From the NCBI GenBank assembly GCA_004431415.1, contig QPMI01000062.1, forward strand, positions 372,001 to 436,000: a stretch of DNA of 64,000 nt, in the 5' to 3' direction. Position numbers and translations under genes: made by a program. The notes under the pieces are model-generated. The model was given only the letters and a program-made list of their open reading frames with translations. It made no database searches and was not told the DNA's origin. The stretch comes from Cyanophora paradoxa CCMP329. Taxonomy: Eukaryota; Plantae; Glaucophyta. Below, one piece after another: positions 46,948 through 55,839 of the stretch; the first letter of the stretch is position 1, and each line of letters opens with the position of its first letter.

Positions 46948-49334
46948 CTACATATCGAGGGTCTTGAGCCAGGGAAGCAGCGCGGCGTGCACCAGGTCGG
47001 GCCTGCCCGCCCAGTTTCAGGGTCCCGCCGGGGGCGCTCGCTGGGGGCAGGTGGGGACCTGTCGTCGTGCGGGCAGTGGCCGGTCTCGGGGAGGGTGACC
47101 CACGTGACGTTCTCCCGCTGGTCGGAGAGTGTCTTGAAGAAGCGCCCCACGTCGCCCGACGCCGGCGTCCTGTGCCCGGCCCCCGGGTGAGCCGTCCGGG
47201 GGGGAGAGAGCAGGGGGGGCGTGAAGGGTCGGGGGCACCAGGGGTCGTTCTCGCCCCAGAGGAGGAGGATCGGGTTCTCGATCTCGTGGGCGAACTTCAT
47301 GGGGCTGGTGCCCGGGTTGCCCGAGAGGACGGAGGCGAAGACGGCGGGGGCGCCCGGGTCCTCCGACGGCCCGAACAGCATCTGCCGGCCGGCCGCGCAC
47401 GGCTCAGCTGCGGGCGCGCGCGGGTCGGGCCGGGGCGGGCGGGGCGCCTCGACGAGGTCGTCGTCGATGGCCTCCTTGTTCGCGTAGACCTGCTCCAGCG
47501 CCTTCCGAATGTTCTCCCGCGACCGGAACCTGCACCGCCGGCTCGTTCGCGGGGGAGGCCGATCGCCGGCGGGCGGCGGCGCACGAGTTGAAGAGGCGGT
47601 CGCGGATCGGGGGGATGTTCAGGAGCACGTCCAGTCTGAGGGCGAGGGGCAGTGAGCCCGGCGCCGCTCAGGGCCGCTCACGAGGAGAGCGACTGACAGG
47701 GCGAGCATGCCGCGGACGATGAAGAAGCTGGGGGCCTGCGGGGCGCGGGGCGTCGGCGAGCGCCAGACGGGAGCCGGCGGCCTCGCGGGGCGCGCACCAG
47801 GGCCTTGGAGTTCATCCCCCCGGCGCAGTTGAGCCTGGGGCGGGCTCGGGTCGTGGGGGGGGGGGCGTGGCGGGGGGCGGGGCGCGCACAGAACGGAGGC
47901 CTTGACCTTCTCCGGCGCGGCGTAGCTCACGGCGCAGGTGATGAGGCCCCCGACTGCCGCGGCGCGCGGCGTCAGAGGCGGGGCGCGAGGGCGCGCGCTT
48001 CCCCGCCCCCCGGGGCGAGCGCACTGGAGTTGCCGGCAACGACGCAGGGCTCGTGGACAAACTCGTCGATGAAGTCCAGCGTCATCTCCTGCGCCCCGCC
48101 CGCTTGAGGCGCCGCCCTCGGGAGGGAGGGAGGGCGCGAAGAGGCGGGGGAGGCGTGCGCCCGCCTTCCAGAGGTCGATAGAGTACTCGACGTCGGCTTT
48201 GTCGCTGTCCCCGAAGCCCAGCAGATCCAGCGCGTACACCTTGTACCCGTGCTCCGCCAGCACCTGCGCGGGCGCGCGCCCGCCCGTCAGCCACGCCGCC
48301 CTTCGGGCCGCGCTGGCTCTCGGAATCGGGCGGTGCGCACCGGGATGTTCTTCTTCCAGTGGGCGACGGAGGCCCCGAAGCCGTGGATCAGCACGATCGG
48401 CTTGCCGCAGCCCTGCTGGGGGAGGCACGCCGCGGCCCTCGGCTCGCGCGGAGGGCGGAGGAGGGTCGAGTCGGTTCTCGCACCGCGGTCGCATAGTTCA
48501 CGGTGTGCCCCCGCCACTTCCACTTGTGCGTCATGAAGGGGAGCGCCTGCGGGGGCGCCCGCGTGAGGGGCGCGGGGGGGCGCCGGGCCGAGCCCCCAGG
48601 ATGCGGCGGACCTTGAACTTATCGGAGGCAGTCCGCACGGCCGCCGTCAACTCCTCGGGCCTCGTGACTGCCGGGTCGTACTGCACCAGAGCGATGTGGG
48701 GCAGCGAGACCTGTTGACAGACCTGTGCGGTCAGCCGAAGGACTAAGGCGCTTCTGCTATCAGAGGCGCCAAAGAGAGCTTTCGGCCTTCACCTCGGCGC
48801 GCTTGACCCCAGGAAGGCTCCGGAGGGCCTCGAACACGCTCTGCGGCAGTGCTCACTCATCGAGCGCGGGCACGCGCGGCCGAGCGGGCGCTTCTGACCT
48901 TCTCGCACTCTTCGCATTCCATACCCTCGACGCGCATCGATAACTCTGCGCGGGAGCACTGTATTAGCTGAGCCCGGCGTCGACAAGCGCTCGCCGCGCT
49001 TGCCGCGCCAGGAACGGCGCGGGGCGTGCGTATTGTCTAATATGCGAAGATAGAAAACGTGCGCACCTACTTCAGCCAGCGGCGTTGGCATCGCCGCCGC
49101 CGACGCCACGGCCGGCCAGCAGGTCGGCGCCCGTCGGCTAGGCGGCGCGGTTGAAGAAGGAGCAAAGGAGGTAATGGCACGGCCCAAGAAGGAGCGCCGC
49201 TGGCGCACGATAGCCGCTCCGCCGCCTGAGCTCGCCGACTGAGCTCTCGCTGCGGTGGAGCAGTGGCAGGCGCCGGCTCCAGTGGGCGCTCTCCGTAGCA
49301 CCGGAACAAAAGGGGCTGTCGTGAAGGCTTCCAT
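46948..49334 (-). CDS. Plastid-targeted HMA-domain + alpha/beta-hydrolase (pheophytinase-like clade) fusion protein
   Basis: Transit peptide MEAFTTAPFVP..; HMA ELSMRVEGMECEECEK/SVFEALRSLPGVKRAE/VSLPHIALVQYDPAVTRPEELTAAV; hydrolase WKWRGHTVNY, LIHGFGASVAHWKKNI, ALDLLGFGDSDK, GNS/VGG (nucleophile), LLWGENDPW, GHCPHDDR/P. Confidence 0.92.
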
Positions 49335-49340
49335 GTTGCT

Positions 49341-49397
49341 GCGCTCTTCCGCTGCTGCCGCGCTCTTCCGCTGCTGCCGCGCTCTTCCGCTGCTGCC
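49341..49397. repeat. 3 x 19-bp perfect tandem repeat GCGCTCTTCCGCTGCTGCC in a bidirectional promoter/5'UTR (also at 53192-53248)
   Basis: Read directly; lies in the 135 bp between the divergent ATGs at 49334 and 49470. Confidence 0.9.
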
Positions 49398-49469
49398 AGG
49401 CAGATGCCTGCGTCGAGGGGTACAGTCGGGAAGGTTGAGTGATTCGGCACGCGTCCAACCACGTGAGGC

Positions 49470-51040
49470 ATGGCGGCGGCAGCGTACGTGGTGCCGGTGT
49501 GCCCACGTCCTCTCAGCTGCTCGTCTCTGCTCGCCCGGGACGCAGCGCCCGCCGCGCGGCTTTGCCTGAACGCGCCGGAGTCACGCCGGGCGCATGCGGA
49601 CCTGCAGGAGCACATCCGTGCGGCCAGGACCGTCTTTCTGAATGGAGGCAGCAGCTTTGGGGAGGCACCTAGTTGGGCGGTTGCCGAGACGCGGCCATAC
49701 CGGCCAGTGGCGACCCAGGCGGCCAGCCGGCAGGCGGGCGCCAGCACAATGGAGAGAACACGGCCAAGCCGCTCCTCGCCGGATCTCAGCAGCGGCTCCG
49801 CGCGAATCCTCCCGACCTCGCCCGTGCGAGAGGCTCCCGTTCTCCTCACGGCCCAGGAGCTTCAGGCCGCTCTGGACGAGGCGGCGGCTCGGTTGTTGAA
49901 CATGCCAACAGAAACACCTGCAGAGCGCGCGCCTGAGTCGCCGCCCAGGCAGCGGCCAATCATGCCCAGTCAGCCGCCCGGCCAGGCCAAGCCGCGATTC
50001 TACTGGAGCAATTTCGAAAATCTCCGGCGCGAGATCGTCACCTTTATGAGTACACACAGCTTGGAGGCCGTGCCGACTCAAGTTCAGGTATGGGGCACTT
50101 CAGGTTGTCGCCGATCAATTGGTTCTGATGCTCGCTGCGCCCACAGCTGATGCGGCACGGGCGAGGAGATATTTACTACGCAATCAGGAAGCATGGAGGG
50201 TTCAGTTCCGTCGCGCGCCGCCTGGGACTCCCGACTAGCGTGTCTGAGTACTGGTCCGACTTCGAGAACGTGGAGAAGGAGCTCCGGATCTTCATGGCCC
50301 AGCAATCTCTCAAAAAGCTCCCCACCAAGCCGCAGGTTGGCACCTCGTCTGCCTTTTTATCTTCTTCTGTTCTCATTTCAACGGACCCCACAGTTGCTCG
50401 AGGCCGGTCGGAAGGATCTGGTGCTTGCCATCCAGAAACACGGTGGCACTATGGAAGTCTCGAAGCGGATGGGTTTCACATCGGAAGTGCGGGAGAGGGG
50501 GTGCGTGGCTACTGCATCGCTCTCGCTCCCTTGAAATGTCTGACCCCCCACTCCGCAGTTACTGGAAGAAGATGGTGCACGTGGCCGAGGAAGTGAAGAA
50601 ATTCGTCCAGGAGCACCAGCTTCCCCACATGCCCCACAAGCACGAGCTGGAGGCGGCGGGGCGCCATGACCTTGTTGGCGCCATCCTTCGGCAGGGGGTG
50701 CGTTGGCTACTTTCTTGCAGGAATTTTCGCCCCATGCTCATAGTGCTCGCAGGGCCTTGCTGCCGTCGCCGAAGCGGCGCAGCTCGAAGTGAAAAAGGCA
50801 GCTTTGCGGAGGCCCCCAAGCTACTGGGACGATATCTCGAACCTAGAGCGGGAGCTTCTGCAGTTTATCGAGGAGCACGGGACGCCTGGAAGGATGCCAA
50901 CATCCGATGAGCTTAAGCGAAACGGGGCATCGCATCTGCGATATGCCATCGTGCGCCATGGTGGTGCCAAGACCGTTGCACGGATGTTGCACCTCCGAAG
51001 AGCCCATGCTCGGCAAGATGACAGCGAGGACATTGAGTGA
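49470..51040 (+). CDS. Probably plastid-targeted protein with four ~60-aa helical repeats (YW..N...E..F....PT..L...GR.DL..AI.KHGG...VA..L)
   Basis: Repeats: FYWSNFENLRRE..PTQVQ/LMRHGRGDIYYAIRKHGGFSSVARRLGL; EYWSDFENVEKE..PTKPQ/LLEAGRKDLVLAIQKHGG; YWKKMVHVAEE..MPHKHELEAAGRHDLVGAILRQG; SYWDDISNLERE..MPTSDELKRNGASHLRYAIVRHGG. Confidence 0.85.
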
Positions 51041-51726
51041 TCGTTTTCGGAGCAGCTATCATTTACATTTTTGACGTGACAGACACGGCTGCTGGCTTGC
51101 AGTACATCTGTAGAGGACTGTCATTGTAGAGGAAGCTGATGGGATTCACTGGGGAATCGTGAGTGCTTGATGTTTTTGTAGCTGCAGCTTTCGCTTTCCG
51201 CTCGTATATTCTCTTCTAATTATCTTTTCCTGCTCTCTTCTGGTATTGCTCTTCTCTTCTGTTATTCATGTGATTATGGACAGTCTTGGGTGCTTTTACG
51301 AAGATAGAACAAGTAAATAATGCAAAGGATTGTATGATATCAAGTCTGCGGCAGAGTCAGGGCACAGCAGTGAAGGAAGCTCGTGTGATGGTCTGAAAGC
51401 GCAGCTTCAAAAAGGCTTGCGCAGCAAACTTTGAAATTAAATGCTTGCAATTGTCTCTCTCAAGAGTCTACCCCACATAAGCATGTGCGTTTGGGCATCA
51501 TGGCATGTCTTTGTGATCATGACTCAAGATTCAACTTGGCAATGATTACCGTAGTACGAGGCACAATCATTGAATTGTAACCGCCGCAGTGCAAGCTTCC
51601 GAAGTTCCGAAGTTCCAACCGTTGAACTGTACGGTACACGTTGAACTTCCGAAGTTCGGAACTTGCAAGATGCTTGCACACTGCGGTGGCACCATGGCCA
51701 CGGTGCAGCAATTGGAAGTGTGCAAA

Positions 51727-53185
51727 GGCGGGGCGCGCACAGAACGGAGGCCTTGACCTTCTCCGGCGCGGCGTAGCTCACGGCGCAGGTGATGAGGCCC
51801 CCGACTGCCGCGGCGCGCGGCGTCAGAGGCGGGGCGCGAGGGCGCGCGCTTCCCCGCCCCCCGGGGCGAGCGCACTGGAGTTGCCGGCAACGACGCAGGG
51901 CTCGTGGACAAACTCGTCGATGAAGTCCAGCGTCATCTCCTGCGCCCCGCCCGCTTGAGGCGCCGCCCTCGGGAGGGAGGGAGGGCGCGAAGAGGCGGGG
52001 GAGGCGTGCGCCCGCCTTCCAGAGGTCGATAGAGTACTCGACGTCGGCTTTGTCGCTGTCCCCGAAGCCCAGCAGATCCAGCGCGTACACCTTGTACCCG
52101 TGCTCCGCCAGCACCTGCGCGGGCGCGCGCCCGCCCGTCAGCCACGCCGCCCTTCGGGCCGCGCTGGCTCTCGGAATCGGGCGGTGCGCACCGGGATGTT
52201 CTTCTTCCAGTGGGCGACGGAGGCCCCGAAGCCGTGGATCAGCACGATCGGCTTGCCGCAGCCCTGCTGGGGGAGGCACGCCGCGGCCCTCGGCTCGCGC
52301 GGAGGGCGGAGGAGGGTCGAGTCGGTTCTCGCACCGCGGTCGCATAGTTCACGGTGTGCCCCCGCCACTTCCACTTGTGCGTCATGAAGGGGAGCGCCTG
52401 CGGGGGCGCCCGCGTGAGGGGCGCGGGGGGGCGCCGGGCCGAGCCCCCAGGATGCGGCGGACCTTGAACTTATCGGAGGCAGTCCGCACGGCCGCCGTCA
52501 ACTCCTCGGGCCTCGTGACTGCCGGGTCGTACTGCACCAGAGCGATGTGGGGCAGCGAGACCTGTTGACAGACCTGTGCGGTCAGCCGAAGGACTAAGGC
52601 GCTTCTGCTATCAGAGGCGCCAAAGAGAGCTTTCGGCCTTCACCTCGGCGCGCTTGACCCCAGGAAGGCTCCGGAGGGCCTCGAACACGCTCTGCGGCAG
52701 TGCTCACTCATCGAGCGCGGGCACGCGCGGCCGAGCGGGCGCTTCTGACCTTCTCGCACTCTTCGCATTCCATACCCTCGACGCGCATCGATAACTCTGC
52801 GCGGGAGCACTGTATTAGCTGAGCCCGGCGTCGACAAGCGCTCGCCGCGCTTGCCGCGCCAGGAACGGCGCGGGGCGTGCGTATTGTCTAATATGCGAAG
52901 ATAGAAAACGTGCGCACCTACTTCAGCCAGCGGCGTTGGCATCGCCGCCGCCGACGCCACGGCCGGCCAGCAGGTCGGCGCCCGTCGGCTAGGCGGCGCG
53001 GTTGAAGAAGGAGCAAAGGAGGTAATGGCACGGCCCAAGAAGGAGCGCCGCTGGCGCACGATAGCCGCTCCGCCGCCTGAGCTCGCCGACTGAGCTCTCG
53101 CTGCGGTGGAGCAGTGGCAGGCGCCGGCTCCAGTGGGCGCTCTCCGTAGCACCGGAACAAAAGGGGCTGTCGTGAAGGCTTCCAT
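51727..53185 (-). pseudogene. 3'-truncated duplicate of the HMA-hydrolase gene
   Basis: Identical to 47876-49334. It stops inside the intron after KASVL, so it lacks the exons for the catalytic Asp and His. Confidence 0.8.
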
Positions 53186-53320
53186 GTTGCTGCGCTCTTC
53201 CGCTGCTGCCGCGCTCTTCCGCTGCTGCCGCGCTCTTCCGCTGCTGCCAGGCAGATGCCTGCGTCGAGGGGTACAGTCGGGAAGGTTGAGTGATTCGGCA
53301 CGCGTCCAACCACGTGAGGC

Positions 53321-54888
53321 ATGGCGGCGGCAGCGTACGTGGTGCCGGTGTGCCCACGTCCTCTCAGCTGCTCGTCTCTGCTCGCCCGGGACGCAGCGCC
53401 CGCCGCGCGGCTTTGCCTGAACGCGCCGGAGTCACGCCGGGCGCATGCGGACCTGCAGGAGCACATCCGTGCGGCCAGGACCGTCTTTCTGAATGGAGGC
53501 AGCAGCTTTGGGGAGGCACCTAGTTGGGCGGTTGCCGAGACGCGGCCATACCGGCCAGTGGCGACCCAGGCGGCCAGCCGGCAGGCGGGCGCCAGCACAA
53601 TGGAGAGAACACGGCCAAGCCGCTCCTCGCCGGATCTCAGCAGCGGCTCCGCGCGAATCCTCCCGACCTCGCCCGTGCGAGAGGCTCCCGTTCTCCTCAC
53701 GGCCCAGGAGCTTCAGGCCGCTCTGGACGAGGCGGCGGCTCGGTTGTTGAACATGCCAACAGAAACACCTGCAGAGCGCGCGCCTGAGTCGCCGCCCAGG
53801 CAGCGGCCAATCATGCCAGTCAGCCGCCCGGCCAGGCCAAGCCGCGATTCTACTGGAGCAATTTCGAAAATCTCCGGCGCGAGATCGTCACCTTTATGAG
53901 TACACACAGCTTGGAGGCCGTGCCGACTCAAGTTCAGGTATGGGGCACTTCAGGTTGTCGCCGATCAATTGGTTCTGATGCTCGCTGCGCCCACAGCTGA
54001 TGCGGCACGGGCGAGGAGATATTTACTACGCAATCAGGAAGCATGGAGGGTTCAGTTCCGTCGCGCGCCGCCTGGGACTCCCGACTAGCGTGTCTGAGTA
54101 CTGGTCCGACTTCGAGAACGTGGAGAAGGAGCTCCGGATCTTCATGGCCCAGCAATCTCTCAAAAAGCTCCCCACCAAGCCGCAGGTTGGCACCTCGTCT
54201 GCCTTTTTATCTTCTTCTGTTCTCATTTCAACGGACCCCACAGTTGCTCGAGGCCGGTCGGAAGGATCTGGTGCTTGCCATCCAGAAACACGGTGGCACT
54301 ATGGAAGTCTCGAAGCGGATGGGTTTCACATCGGAAGTGCGGGAGAGGGGTGCGTGGCTACTGCATCGCTCTCGCTCCCTTGAAATGTCTGACCCCCCAC
54401 TCCGCAGTTACTGGAAGAAGATGGTGCACGTGGCCGAGGAAGTGAAGAAATTCGTCCAGGAGCACCAGCTTCCCCACATGCCCCACAAGCACGAGCTGGA
54501 GGCGGCGGGGCGCCATGACCTTGTTGGCGCCATCCTTCGGCAGGGGTGCGTTGGCTACTTTCTTGCAGGAATTTTCGCCCCATGCTCATAGTGCTCGCAG
54601 GGCCTTGCTGCCGTCGCCGAAGCGGCGCAGCTCGAAGTGAAAAAGGCAGCTTTGCGGAGGCCCCCAAGCTACTGGGACGATATCTCGAACCTAGAGCGGG
54701 AGCTTCTGCAGTTTATCGAGGAGCACGGGACGCCTGGAAGGATGCCAACATCCGATGAGCTTAAGCGAAACGGGGCATCGCATCTGCGATATGCCATCGT
54801 GCGCCATGGTGGTGCCAAGACCGTTGCACGGATGTTGCACCTCCGAAGAGCCCATGCTCGGCAAGATGACAGCGAGGACATTGAGTGA
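53321..54888 (+). pseudogene. Second copy of the four-repeat gene, with three 1-nt exonic deletions (pseudogene or sequencing errors)
   Basis: atgcccagt becomes atgccagt (about 53816); gagagggggt becomes gagaggggt (about 54350); cagggggt becomes caggggt (about 54546). Each shifts the frame relative to copy 1. Confidence 0.65.
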
Positions 54889-55428
54889 TCGTTTTCGGAG
54901 CAGCTATCATTTACATTTTTGACGTGACAGACACGGCTGCTGGCTTGCAGTACATCTGTAGAGGACTGTCATTGTAGAGGAAGCTGATGGGATTCACTGG
55001 GGAATCGTGAGTGCTTGATGTTTTTGTAGCTGCAGCTTTCGCTTTCCGCTCGTATATTCTCTTCTAATTATCTTTTCCTGCTCTCTTCTGGTATTGCTCT
55101 TCTCTTCTGTTATTCATGTGATTATGGACAGTCTTGGGTGCTTTTACGAAGATAGAACAAGTAAATAATGCAAAGGATTGTATGATATCAAGTCTGCGGC
55201 AGAGTCAGGGCACAGCAGTGAAGGAAGCTCGTGTGATGGTCTGAAAGCGCAGCTTCAAAAAGGCTTGCGCAGCAAACTTTGAAATTAAATGCTTGCAATT
55301 GTCTCTCTCAAGAGTCTACCCCACATAAGCATGTGCGTTTGGGCATCATGGCATGTCTTTGTGATCATGACTCAAGATTCAACTTGGCAATGATTACCGT
55401 AGTACGAGGCACAATCATTGAATTGTAA

Positions 55429-55537
55429 CCGCCGCAGTGCAAGCTTCCGAAGTTCCGAAGTTCCAACCGTTGAACTGTACGGTACACGTTGAACTTCCGA
55501 AGTTCGGAACTTGCAAGATGCTTGCACACTGCGGTGG
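55429..55537. repeat. Small imperfect fold-back (MITE-like remnant); duplicated at 51581-51689
   Basis: Arms CCGCCGCAGTGCAAGC and GCTTGCACACTGCGGTGG, with internal TTCCGAAG repeats and GAACTTCCGAAGTTC hairpin. No TSD. Confidence 0.5.
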
Positions 55538-55839
55538 CACCATGGCCACGGTGCAGCAATTGGAAGTGTACGATTATAATAAACTTGAAATTATAATAAC
55601 GACTCCACATGGGGCTCCGAGGCTCAGCGGCTTGGGCTGCATACTATGACTCAGTGATATATATACGATCACGATTACGACTCAAGCTGCTGGAAACAGC
55701 AGCACATCATGGCATAAGGATCCGGAGGGGCCGGGCGTGCCACCGCTCAGTGACTGTCACACATGTACACTGTGACAGTGACCATATGCATCAGCTGAGA
55801 TTTCACTCTTGATCAAAGCAGCCTAACTATTTTACTGCG

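Larger units (their letters stand above)
47876..55569. repeat. Near-identical 3.85-kb direct tandem duplication (47876-51721 and 51727-55569)
   Basis: Offset 3851 falling to 3848; 5-nt GCAAA filler at the junction (51722-51726). The only differences seen are three 1-nt homopolymer deletions in copy 2. Confidence 0.95.

Noticed and set aside
49341-49397. CRISPR-like array or iteron
   Set aside because: The repeats are head-to-tail without spacers, the context is eukaryotic, and there are no cas genes.
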